A stretch of DNA of 64,000 nt from Eledone cirrhosa (taxonomy: Eukaryota), in contig OZ024752.1 of the NCBI GenBank assembly GCA_964016885.1, positions 30,256,001 through 30,320,000 of the forward strand, in the 5' to 3' direction. Every line of letters begins with the position of its first letter. Position 1 is the first letter of the stretch. Position numbers and translations under genes: made by a program. Positions 27,546-40,189 of the stretch are shown piece after piece. The notes beneath the pieces were generated by a model. That model saw only the letters and a list, made by a program, of their open reading frames with translations. It had not been told where the DNA came from and did not search any database.

Positions 27546-28394
27546 CTCTCTCTCTCTCTCTTTCATACATACATACATACACATATATATATATACACAT
27601 ATATACATAAGTGTGTATGTGTATATATGTGTGCATGTGCATATATCTAAATATATATATATGTGTGTATATATATATGACCAAAATTAACTTAAGGATG
27701 TCATTTCTGAGAATATCAGAAACATGCACCATACCACCTGTAGAATAAGTTCAAAGATTCTAAGGAATAAATCCGAGTATTTATTAGCATTAAATTAAAA
27801 ATTGATTGACACATATATATATATATATATAAAATAAACACATCAAACAATTACAGGAGATAATTTGTAAAGAGTGTAAACACACACAATTACATAGGTA
27901 ACATATTAAAAATTAACAAGAACCTTGAATGTAGATACCTTGCAATAATGATTAAACTCCTTTGTATATATTTAATTAAAGAAATATATTTCACCATTAA
28001 TTGGCAAATCACAGATGTTAAATATGTATGTATATATAAATATGTATATATATATATATATACTTGTGTATAATGGTAGCTATGGTGCTTCCATAGGCGG
28101 TATGCCAAAATTAGCACTCAATATTCAGCAGAGTAGAGTGTAGATAGTATAGAGAAACGAAAAATCAGTGATGCATCTGGACTCAATTTATTGCGTGTTA
28201 CAACTGGCTGATTCTACGGCTGCAGGTTCCTTCAGACACGGGTAGTTCGTTCGGAGCAAATTTTATCACTGGGTACGCATTCTCTCCATCCTTCTCATAT
28301 CCAATCTCCCTCATGCTATCCTCTACTGTTTCCCTACTGTTCTGGTGACTAAGCTTGGTAGAGTTTATATTCAGCACTATATTTTTATTGATTA

Positions 28395-28441
28395 CGCTCT
28401 GAGGATTCCTGCCCCACGGTATGGATGAAACATTGTAAGCG
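28395..28441 (+). ncRNA. Minimal type-I hammerhead ribozyme (Penelope pLTR-like context)
   Basis: CGCT-CTGAGGA-(stem II TTCCTGCC ccac GGTATGGAT)-GAAAC-att-GTA-AGCG, followed by AATAAA. Confidence 0.8.
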
Positions 28442-29574
28442 AATAAAAATTGTTTAAGTATGTAGGTGTTCTTTGATTTATTTTATCTATAATGGCTCTG
28501 TTTCGTACATTGAGCTAATACGATACTGTCACAAATATGACACTGTGCAGATGTGCTTATGTACATCCATTGTCTACGTAAATATATAGAAACATATCTT
28601 TGCAAGAAAACAGAGCAAGAGAAAGAGAGATTTGTTAAATCTAAAACTAAAGACATTATTTGCCAGAAAGAGAGGACAAAAGATAGTTACAAAATGGTGT
28701 CAAGAAGACATTGAAACATTTATGGTAAAATAGATTTTATGTCAGATGGTATTACACAACATAAACACATACACACAGACATTCACAAACACACATATGC
28801 ACATACACACACATACCTATACACACGCACACACAGACACTCACGCACACACACACCAACACTCATGCACACACACACACACACATAAAAATTCACAATT
28901 TAATATTAGAGGAGTGTTAGCTACTTAGAAGATAGTAGAATTAATTTTTGCAATTCAAACTGCTTCAAATTCATTCTTCACAAGAATGAATTTGAGCTTC
29001 TCATTCAATATATAATTACCTTGATATTATTTGAAAGCCCCCCCCCCCTCCCCATCCCTCCCAACATCATAGAGATAATATTAAATTCAATTTGTAATTA
29101 CATCAAGACAAAAATGTTAGAAAAGAGATTTCTGTGTATTCAACAACAATTGTCTAGTTTGCTGGTGGCTGCCTTCTAATAGGTAAATCTACCATCTAAA
29201 ATCCAAATTCCAGGGCCTTCTCACTCCTGTTGGACGAACCTCTCCCTGATTGACCTCTACCTCTTCCTTTCTCTGACCATATTGGGTCATGTGAGAGGGG
29301 GTGAGGTATCGAATCAGATCATTGTGCCATTTTGCCTTTGGTTGCCCTCTGATTCTTCTCCACTATCTTGGTGTCAGTTCTGTCACTCTAATAGTTTACC
29401 TGCTGTCTCTGAAACAAGAAACATGGCCAAGCTATCTGTGCCATGTCTTTCATGTCAGTCTGTTGTCAAATCCAGGTGCTGCTCTTCCTGTCAAGTAAGG
29501 TGATGCCGAGCATGATTCACTCCATTTTATGTTAGGAGACTGCAAGAGTGTCTGCATCATTATAATCAATTGAA

Positions 29575-30310
29575 AATGGTGGATTAGGAGATTCATTTGA
29601 GTGTCGGTTGGTATTTGTTCTAGCTTTTTACATTCTGAGTTTAAATCCTGCCAATGCCAGCTTTGCCTTTCATCCTTCTGGGGGTCAATAAAATAAAGTA
29701 CCAGTCATGTACTAAGGTTTATTTAAAACTGCTGGCCTTATATCTAGATTAGAAACCGTTATTATAATCAGACAGTGGCAGTGAATTAATAATAATAAGT
29801 AGAGTGTCAGACAACATGCTTTGCAGTATAAAGTTATGACCCTTTATATTCTGAGTTCAAAACCCATCATGGTTATCTTTACCTTTCACCCTTACAGGAT
29901 CGATAAAATAAAGTATGAGTAACAACTTTCCCTTCTCCTCAAACTCTTGGCCTTGTGCCTAAATCAGAAACCATTATTATAATTAGAAAAATGCATTCTT
30001 CAAGACTTCAAGTCTCCAAATATGAAATTTCTTAGAGAAGAATGTACTGAGGTCGAGTTAATCAACCTTTCCTTCCCCCAAAATTGTTGGCCTTGTGTCT
30101 AAATCAGAAACCATTTTTTAACACAGAATGTAAAGGGCATAGAGTTATGGCCGTTTACATTCTGAGTTCAAATCCTGCTGAGGTTAACTTTGCCTTTCAT
30201 CCTTACAGGGTAGATAAAATAAAGTTCCAGTAATCTACTGGGGTTGATTTAATCGACTTTCCCCTTACCTAAAATTGTTGACCTTGTGTCTAAATCAGAA
30301 ACTATTATTA
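29575..30310 (+). mobile_element. Head-to-tail cluster of four Meta-like SINE copies or fragments
   Basis: Repeated B box, central domain and ggccttgtgcctaaatcagaaaccattatt ends. Confidence 0.8.
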
Positions 30311-30340
30311 GAGAAAGACAAAAATCCATTCTTCAAGTCT

Positions 30341-30704
30341 TTAACCCTTAAGCATTCGTCGGTAGAGGCTCGGACGCCATGCTTTCCACCATAGTTACGT
30401 CCCTTTACGATCTGAGTTCAAATTACGAGGGTCAATAAAATAAAGTACCAGTAATGCACTGGGTAATTGCTGGCCTTGTGCCTAAAGTAGAAACAATTAT
30501 TTTATATATACTATTATATTTTCATAGTAAAGGCTTAATCTCGCATAATTATCTCACTTGATATCGAATCTATGAGATTTTGAAAGTATTTATTTTGAGA
30601 ACAATACCTTAACATTAGTTTGAGCGACCAGTTACAGCCAGTTTCAACGGAAAGAGGTAGAGAATTCTGGCCAGTTTTGGCTGGTTTGAACACTAAAGGG
30701 TTAA
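30341..30704. mobile_element. piggyBac-like MITE A with nested SINE (~30357-30502)
   Basis: TTAA-CCCTTAAGCATT ... CTAAAGGG-TTAA. Confidence 0.85.
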
Positions 30705-31404
30705 GTATGTAATTTTGTAGAGAAGATACAGAATCTAGTTAACACAGACTTAAAACTAAAGAGAGGCTAATCCTATTCAGCCTCAGCATATATTCAGTAA
30801 GACAATTATCATGTTTAACTTTATTAAACAAACATTAATTATATATATTACAACATTTCAGTTCAGTGGCTATTATCCCTTTCATTACTATATTGCTAAT
30901 TAAATACACTCTCCAGGATTTTCAACTAATTCCATTATTAAGCTGCTGTTGGAGACAACTTCAAAAGAATTCTTACATGAAATAACGATGGAAGGTTTTT
31001 AGATAAACACTTTAAAACAAACATTTTGGTATCATAGAACCAGGGATGGTTTCAAGCAGTTTGGAACATAATTTAACAAAGGTTCTTACATAAAATTATG
31101 ATGGAAGGTTTTTGGATAAGTATAAACACTTTAAAACTAACAGTTTGGTATCATAGAACCAGGTATGTTTGAAATATAACTTAAAGGTTTTTATGCTGTT
31201 TTGGGCCATATGGTCAAAACAGTTAACTCTCACTAGCTCAGGCCATATGACATAAATAACTACTATGAGTAGACATAAATCATAGTAGCAAAAACACTGC
31301 AGAAACAAAAACACTGCAAAATGATTGTTTTTAACGTAGGAACAAGGCCAGCAATTTGGAGGAAAGGGAAAGCTGATTATATTGACAAAAGTACATAACT
31401 GGTA

Positions 31405-31885
31405 CAATATTTCTAAAGAAATACACTGCCTATGTGTGTCAATTAATTTAGAAAATTTGAATAATCTTATAAAATAACTAACCGTTTCATTAGTAAGCTG
31501 ATATTTGAAATATTACTTAACAAAAAAAAAATGTCTTAACCCTTTAATATTCAAACCAGCCAAAACGGCCAGAATGTTCTACCTTTTTCTTTTGAAACTG
31601 GCTGTAACTGGTCACTCAAACTGTTGTTAAGGTATTGTTCTCAAAATAGATACTTTCAAAATCTCATAGATTCAATATTATGTGAGATAATTATGTGAGG
31701 TTAAGCCTTTACTATGAAAATATAATAGTATATATATAGAGTAATATGATTGCTAAAGTGTTAAATAAAATTATGTTAGAAAGTTTTAATATAAGTGTAA
31801 AATATTTTAATAACAAGCAGCTGCGTATCATAAAACTGCATATCATAAAACCAGGTTTCAAGCAGGCTGGTATGAAAAGGGTGAA
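31405..31885. mobile_element. Older TTAA-type MITE family B remnant with MITE A nested at 31536-31764
   Basis: atttct..gaaatacactgcct start and ggtatgaaaagggt end; related pieces at 30930-31170 and 49442. Confidence 0.6.
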
Positions 31886-32357
31886 AGATATTGTTTTCAA
31901 TTTTCCTATGTATTCACATTACCTACATTATATTTATTCTAAGAGGTTTTTATCTCCAGTCTTTCAATTCTTTCCCTTTTTATGGTAGAAACATGTTGTA
32001 TAACTTTCACAAGATAATCTAACCCAACTAAGCCAAAGGTTTGAACAAAACTGTTATTTTGTAACAGATCTTTCTGTTTAGACCACCAGTAAGATGAAAC
32101 TAAAACGTAAAAACAAATAATAAATAGGACAAATAAAAATGAAATAAATTTTAGAAGTGTTAAAAATAGCTGAGTCATATTTAAGTAGAGTATTATTATA
32201 AGTATCAACATATAGGTATGTTCTATTTTATATAAAAAACTACATACCTAGAATTCATACATACATATATATAGAGAGAGAATACATACATATATAGAAT
32301 ACATACACATAGAATACACACATACATACATAGAATACATACATAGAATACACACAT

Positions 32358-33213
32358 ACCGAATTAGCAACGGAGGTGGGTGCTCAGAAAGTACAATAAC
32401 TAGGGTAAGAACGGGATGGAAGAAGTTTAGGGAACTACTACCACTGCTAGCTGCAAAAGGCTTCTCCCTCAGAATGAAAGGCAGACTGTATGATGCGTGT
32501 ATCCGAACAGCGATGTTGCATGGTAGTGAGACCTGGGCGCTGAAGGTGGAAGACTTACGTAGATTAGAGAGAAACGAAGCCTGCATGCTCCGATGGATGT
32601 GTAACAGTAATATACGTGAACGACAAAGCATAAAGGAATTGAGAGAGAGACTGAGCATAAGAGGAATCAAATGCTGCGTGCAGGAGAGGCGGTTACGCTG
32701 GTATGAACATGTGATGCGTATGAAGGATGACAGCTGCATAAAAAGGTGCAGAGCACTAGAAGTTGATGGAAACCGCGGAGTGGGGAGACCCAAGATGACT
32801 TGGGATGAGGTGATAAAAGCCGACCTTACCCAACTACACCTCTCAAAGTCAATGACACACGACCGTGACTTCTGGCGTCACGCAGTAATACAGGGTACCC
32901 GACCTCCCATGGGTACATGCTGAAGCATATAAACAATATGCCCCCCCCCCCCCACCGCAAGGTGGCCGTGGAGGTGCCACGGCAAAAAAGCACCCAGCCC
33001 ACACTGTAAAGTGGACGTGTAGGCGCCACGAAAAAGCACCCAGCACTCACTGTAAATGAGGTTGGTGTTAGGAAGGGCATCCAGCTGTAGAAATCAAGCC
33101 AGATCAGTTCCTGTATGAGCAAGGCATGGTCAGCCGACCAGACACTGCCCACAACAGGACAACCCGTCTAACCCATGCTAGCGTGGAAGAACGGACGTAA
33201 AACGGTGATGATG
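32358..33213 (+). mobile_element. 5'-truncated RTE copy, near identical to 13415-14280
   Basis: 149-aa ORF almost identical to 13715-14164; same 3' UTR; inserted in a tagaatacatac repeat. Confidence 0.97.
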
Positions 33214-35493
33214 ACATACATACATAGAATACACACAGACATACATTCATAGAATACACACCTATATACCTAGAATACATGCATACATGTATACATGCAT
33301 ATATACATACACACACAACTGTCTTTTTTGTTCATATATATAAATATCAAGTGTATATATTTGTGTATATGACTAAGATTAATTCTATACATAAACATTT
33401 CTTCATGAAATACAAACTAAAAATATAAGAGAAGAACAATATATCAAAAGAATTATATCTCTACTTGATAAAACATAGAAGCCTTTATTTATGTGACAGT
33501 TAGATCAAACTGTTTACAATATCTTTAATCAGCTACAAAACACTGTAAAAGAGTGTCACAAAAAAACTAAAAACAAGGTCCTTGTTTTTATATCATATAT
33601 GGACTTAAATGTCAAAACTATTTCATTCCATTGTTTTAGTTGTCCTTGGAAAAGTTCTTTGACATATACGAATGTTTTTGTTTTCCCTGTTGGGAGATTT
33701 ATCAATTCTCTTTAATACAAATTGAAAAGTAATCTTCTGTACATGCTACAACTGTAAGCTGCCACATTAAACAAAAATATTGTCGGCTGATCTGTGTTGG
33801 CCACCCACCTGCTATGGTGCAGATTTCCTCACTTTATGAATATGAAATGTTTTTCAATGTTATGCAGAATTTATACCACACATATATATAGTTTACTGAA
33901 ATATTTCTGAGATATGCTATAGTAATTTCACAGAAAGTATAATGTTCTGAAATTCAAGCACTCCTCCCATCGCGCTGCCCTCTGGCTCCCTCTCATGTTC
34001 TGTCAAACACTCAAATACACACCAACATATATATATATTCATACACACACATACGTATGTATGAATATATATATCAACCATGGCTAGTAAGGAAAACAGA
34101 CATCAGATGATGATGATGATGTGTGTGTACGTATGTGTATGTGTGTATGTTCTCTAGATCTTTCTAAGGTTTCAACCATTACAATTCTCCTTATACTGAA
34201 ATACCCCCCATTGCTTTGTGTTTTTCACTGTTTGTTTTCAATTTACTGGGTTTTTTTTTATTGTTGTTTTGTTTGTGTTTTTTTTTTTTTGTCTAAATTA
34301 TTCAGCACAACTACTGGAAGGGAGGTCTTTAAAAATTGGGGTAATTTGGTAATTTGGTATTAGATGGTAATTAGATGAAAGATTTAGAATAAATATAATA
34401 ATCAATGTAAAGTTGAAGTTGACATTCATAGAATGGTTTTATTCAAAACTACAGTTGATGGAAACTAGAATATGCCAAGGAGCTGTATTGAATCCTGTGT
34501 TCTTTCTACAGTGTTAGAACCTAGAATATTCTAAGGAGCTGTTTTAGGTCCTTTATAAAAAAAAATACATAAAAATGAAATAAAATAAAAATTAAGAAAA
34601 AATATAAAAAAGAAAGAAAAACAAAAGGAAAAACTATAGAATCTTGCAACCACAACTTTATAAAAATATTTCTCACACTTAGAAGAAGAACTATCAAATA
34701 TCATGGCAAATTAAAAATATCTTTGGAAGCTCTAGTGATACAAAACTCAGACAAAATAAGTTAAATGATGATGATTGTAATGATGGTGATAATGATGGTT
34801 ATGATGAGAACGACAATGGTGATGATGGTAATGATGATAATTAATTTGAACCTCAGATAAATCAAACTGTAAAATACTAAGGCATCAACTTTTTTCTAAG
34901 AGCCATTGTGTTATGTGAAATATAAGACCCGTCTATAGCAGAATGTAACTGCAGTATTTAAAGGTTAAGAATATCAATATATATAGTTTTTTAATACATA
35001 ATGTTTAAACTGTTGGAAAACTATGGAACTATGATGTTTATTATGTTATTGGAGATGTTAAATCAAGTAATAGTGGATTTAATATCTTGGTTATTAAAAC
35101 AAATTAAGCCCCAGTTTGTATTACATAGTTTGTATAGTCAAATATAAGCCAATCCCTCTATTTTATGTCTGAGAAATAGGTAAAAATCCGAACCATATTT
35201 ACGTAAAATTTGAAGTTGGTGAAAATTGTAAAAATATTGACTCTGAATCTAAGCCAACCTCCTTCTACAATTGATATTTTGGTCACATATTCCCTGGTTT
35301 ATATTCAATTATATACAGTGCATAACTTGTAAACTTTCATCTTTTAATATAGCTGATCTGTTCACAATTTTTTCAGAATGAAAATATAAGCACTAATTTC
35401 TAAATTTTTCTCTTCCTCACTCTCATACTCTTTCTATTGCTATTGAAAAATGACAACAATAAGTTTCATCTTATAATTTAAAAGTTGAACTCA

Positions 35494-36285
35494 TTCACTG
35501 TAATAGACCAAACTTCACTGTAATAGACCAGACTTTATTATAATAGAGCAGACTACATTATAATAGACCAGACTACTTTATAATAGACCAAACTTCATTA
35601 TAATAGACCGGACATCACTATAATAGACTGGATGTCACTATAATAGACCAGACTACTTTATAATAGACCAGACTACATTATAATAGACCGGACATCACTA
35701 TAATAGACTGGATGTCACTATAATAGACCAGACTACTTTATAATAGACCAGACTACATTATAATAGACCGGACATCACTATAATAGACTGGATGTCACTA
35801 TAATAGACCAGACTACTTTATAATAGACCAGACTACATTATAATAGACCGGACATCACTATAATAGACCGGCCATCACTATAATAGACTGGATGTCACTA
35901 TAATAGACCAGACTACTTTATAATAGACCAGACTACTTTATAATAGACCGGACATCACTATAATAGACTGGATGTCACTATAATAGACCAGACTACTTTA
36001 AAATAGACCAGACTACATTATAATAGACCGGACATCACTATAATAGACTGGATGTCACTATAATAGACTGGATGTCACTATAATAGACTGGATGTCACTA
36101 TAATAGACCAGACTACTTTATAATAGACCAGACTACATTATAATAGACCGGACATCACTATAATAGACTGGATGTCACTATAATAGACCAGACTACTTTA
36201 TAATAGACCAGACTACATTATAATAGACCAAACTTCACTTTAGTAGACTGGATGTCGCTATAATAGACCAGACATCACTATAATA
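35494..36285. repeat. 20-bp minisatellite with 80-bp higher-order repeat
   Basis: taatagacc/t core; four variants cycling ABCD. Confidence 0.97.
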
Positions 36286-36319
36286 ATATACCAGGCTATT
36301 ATAAAAACTACATTATTAT

Positions 36320-36548
36320 TAGGCGGTGGATTGACAGTATCAGTAGAGCATTGGACACAATGCTTTGCAGCGCAGAGTTATGGCCCTTTACGTTCTGAGT
36401 TCAATCCTGCCAAGGTTAGCTTTGCCTTTCATCCTCACGGGGTTGATAAAATGAGGCCCCGGTAATGCACTAGGGTCGATTTAATCGACTTTCCCTCCCT
36501 ACAAAAAAGAAAAATTGTTGGCCTTGTGCCGAAATCAGAAACCATTAC
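36320..36548 (+). mobile_element. Meta-like tRNA SINE
   Basis: Full head, central domain and tail. Confidence 0.85.
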
Positions 36549-36778
36549 AATAGACCAAGCTTTATTATATTTGAGACTGTTTTCATTGAAATCCCTATAA
36601 AATTAGTCAAAGAAGGTTTTTATTGATGCTATAACTTTAGTATCAACTGAAACAAACCTGTCCTACAATGGATACTTTATAAATATACATTTTAAATGGA
36701 TGTACACATATTGCTGGTAAATATATTTGTTGTTTATATTTTATTGTTTTGCAATAAATGGCTCTCTCTGTCTTACAG

Positions 36779-37522
36779 GATTTCTTTAGTTACTGATGAT
36801 CCCGGTGGGGTTTTTTGATTCATTTATAATTGGACCCAATGCCAGTCAAAAGGAATAAAACAGTAAAATGTCAGATTGTTAACCATTTGAGATAGACATT
36901 GTTTTGTAGATAATATCTGATTTCCCTTGAGTTAAATAGTGTTTCCATGAGAAAATAGTTGATTTCCCTTTCCTTCTTGCAAATTTTAATGTTATATCAT
37001 TTATATTTTTTCTTTTTCTTTTGCAAAGCTATGCTCCAGACCACAACAGAAATGAGAGACATTTACTAAGAATGTATCATACCTCAAGATGAAATGTGGA
37101 AATAGAAATATCAGTGAAATCATTGCAATGGAGTCAGAATCAGTTTTATAAGACAGGGTGCTATTTGTATTCCTCACCAATATAGATTAAATGTCAAGAT
37201 ATTATTGAATGTAGAAAAGATGAATTTAAACAGAAACTAATTCCTGTTAGGTCATGGAGTGTTCTTAAACTGTAGTACTAAATACTGGTATTTCAGTTAG
37301 GCATTTATAGAAAATAATTCTGATATTAATAAAATGTATCCTTTTGATCATGTTCATGCTGATTTTTTTTTTTTTTTTTTTTTTTTTGATTTTTTTTGTT
37401 AAATGTATGGATGTATTGATGACACTGAACATAACCTCGCTATGAGGATATGCCAATGCTCTAAAGTGGCTATCTAACTGTGGCTATCAAAGAAGCTGGC
37501 TTTAACTTTGATGAGATGGATG
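36779..37522 (+). pseudogene. Best-supported exon cluster of the candidate pseudogene (3 exons)
   Basis: tcttacag|36779-36862|gt, ttgcaaag|37029-37250|gt, 37405-37522|gtaag. Reads ISLVTDDPGGVF*FIYNWTQCQSKGIKHYAPDHNRNERHLLRMYHTSR*NVEIEISVKSLQWSQNQFYKTGCYLYSSPI*IKCQDIIECRKDEFKQKLIPVRYGCIDDTEHN(fs)RYEDMPML*SGYLTVAIKEAGFNFDEMD. Confidence 0.6.
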
Positions 37523-37539
37523 GTAAGGTACTTGGAGGA

Positions 37540-37675
37540 TTGTCACACATATACACCCATACTTCAGTTGTCACACATATACACCCATACTTCAGTTGTC
37601 ACACATATACACCCATACTTCAGTTGTCACACATATACACCCATACTTCAGTTGTCACACATATACACGCATACT
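37540..37675. repeat. 26-bp minisatellite
   Basis: ttgtcacacatatacacccatacttcag-like unit x5. Confidence 0.9.
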
Positions 37676-39432
37676 CAACTACTTACTCTAATCTTCTATT
37701 CATTATGTGTTCATTTTCTTTTTGTCACTTTCTTAATTACAGATTTATTTGTAATACCTTTTTTTTCCATAAGTAAAGTGGTTGAATGAGTAGTTTTCAT
37801 TCTGTAAAATAAGATTCCTCTGTAAAACTAATCTAAATCATTAAAAAAAATCATGTAATACTCCATTAATGACTTCTGTTTGGAATGTCAGCAGCCCATC
37901 TGAGGAAGGGGGGCCTCCCCCATGAGGTGGGGTGGTTGTTGCAGCAGGTGTCACTGGCTCGGTCTTGTCTGTAGGGTGCAGCCCCAACCCCACTGCACCC
38001 TAGGCCCATAGCCCATCACTCTCCCCCTCCTATTCTTCTGTACCCCATAGACCTTACCTTTCTTTTCCTTTTCTATTTAAAAATATTTGTAGTGATTTAT
38101 GTAAATAAAAATCTGTTAAAATTTCTAACTGTATGTATATCAAGATGTCTCCTTTTACTTGTGCAAGATATTGCATGAGTCTCTCCTTGGTCATTCGCCT
38201 TGCTAGAAATGACAGTCAAATTTTCTCAAATCACATCCTCAAAAGATGGGATGGTCAAGTCTAGAATAACTTTCATCATAGGTCTGTTCAATCAGGGCTG
38301 ACATAAGACTAAACAACAAGAAGGTATTAGTATGTCTTTTCAAATGATATGCAGCTGTCTATATTGTTATAATAAAATATCAGAGCAAGCCCCTATTATT
38401 CTGTAATTGCTACACCTTGAGAGTAAATTCCTTATTGTTATTGTTCATCAATACATATTGAACTTTAATCCATTGTCTTCATATATTGCTTTTGCCTAGT
38501 CTTTTAAAATGTACATATTTGTAAAGATTTATTATTGTTATTTGTTCAATAATTCTTGAATTTCTTTATGTAGTGAATCTATAGTTATAAACGAGAAATA
38601 TGATTTGTCAATAATTTTCACATTTAAACTATTTTTTAAAATCAATTTTGTTTGTTTCAATTTTTAACTGGAAATTGTAATTAAAGCCCTACTTGCATAT
38701 AAAAGCGAATTGAATTTCTCAATTGTAAAAAATATTTAAAATAGAATTATAAAATTAAAATTTATGAATATTATAATAAAACTGGAAACTCATCTTTTCT
38801 AAACTAAAATATAATGATACAAAAACAATGTAAATAATACAAGTATGAAATAAAAAGAAAATAATTTAAAAACATTACAAAAATATCTTTAAAATAATAT
38901 AACTAAACTGAATTTTAACAGCAGGAAAATAAAGGATTGAGAAAATAGAAAATAAAAAAAGGAAAAGAAAAAGGAGTTATATGAGAAAATGAAATTTTGA
39001 AAAACAGAAAAAAAAAACATGAAAGAAAATTGTTTAAAATAAGATGAATTTTACAAATATTTTTTATGATTTGTGGAGGTCTGCATATTTTAATGGCTTT
39101 CTCAAGAAAATGCACAATACTTTGGGTATTCTTTTTATTTGCATGAGAAAATATAGTTATGTCAACATGTCATAGTCTGCAACTAGAAGAAATAGATAGT
39201 ATTTCACTGACAGTAACAAAATTCTATTTTGTTCACTTGTTGACAAGTAAAAGAATATCTGATTAACTTTTTTGTTACCATATTTTTAATACAGAACACA
39301 GTCTCTGAATTAATTAATTAATAATTTAGATGGATTCGTCATTGTCATCATCATCTCTGTTTAATGTCCATTTTCCCATGCTAGCATGAGTTAGATAAGT
39401 TGTCCCATTTGAAGCATATACAAATTATTCCA

Positions 39433-39780
39433 TTAACCCTTTAGTATACACATTACTCTATATATACTTGAGTTCAAATCCCGCCGAGGTTAACTTTGCC
39501 TTTCATTCTTACGGGGTCGATAAAATAAAGTACCAGTAATGCACTGGGTAATTGCTGGCCTTGTGCCAAAAAGTAGAAACAATTACTCTATATATACTAT
39601 TATATTTTCATGGGAAATGCTTTACCTTGCATAATTATCTCACATAATATCGAATGTATGAGATTTTGAAAGTATTATTTTTGAAAACAATACCTTAACA
39701 TCAGTTTGAGCGACCGGTTACTGCCAGTTTCAACAGAAAGAGGTAGAGAATTCTGGCCGGTTTGAACATTAAATGGTTAA
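39433..39780. mobile_element. piggyBac-like MITE A with nested 5'-truncated SINE (39469-39581) and 17-bp TSD
   Basis: TSD attactctatatatact at 39452-39468 and 39582-39598. Confidence 0.9.
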
Positions 39781-39827
39781 GATGGTATTTATAACAACTT
39801 AACAAAAGGTAAAAATATATATTGGAA

Positions 39828-40189
39828 GAATATAGACATAGAATATTCGAAAATATTCTGTATGTTTATAATAAACATTTTGAAGACCTAATCGCTATAG
39901 AATAGAATACGTCACGTATTACAATTAGATTCTCGATAAAAGCAAGGGAAGTAATCTACGCGTTTCATTCTTATTAGAAATCTTCAGGACTACATATCCA
40001 GTGCTTTTATCGAGAATGACACAGCTAGAGACTTATAGAATACTTAGCTGTGGACAGGAACTGGTTTGAAAGAGCGGTTGCCGGTCCGGCAGAAATTAGA
40101 AATTGGAATAAATGCTCTGAAATAGCGATATATATGTGAATATAGACATAGAATATTCGAAAATATTCTGTATGTTTATAATAAACATT
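39828..40189 (-). mobile_element. 310-bp structured unit with 52-bp terminal redundancy carrying a hammerhead (retrozyme or Penelope-pLTR-like)
   Basis: 39828-39879 = 40138-40189; multiple perfect hairpins. Confidence 0.75.
39929..40017 (-). ncRNA. Type-I hammerhead ribozyme with intact core and extended stem I
   Basis: Minus strand GTAGTC-CTGAAGA-tTTCT aata AGAAt-GAAACGCGTA-GATTAC; distal 16-bp perfect stem 39929-39944/40002-40017. Confidence 0.88.

Noticed and set aside
35494-36285. Regular short repeats resembling a CRISPR array
   Set aside because: Contiguous tandem units with no unique spacers, eukaryotic context and no cas genes.
5756-37250. In-frame TGAs as selenocysteine or edited Trp codons
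   Set aside because: TAG/TAA stops, a frameshift and a damaged splice site co-occur, and no SECIS was recognised; CpG decay is the simpler explanation.
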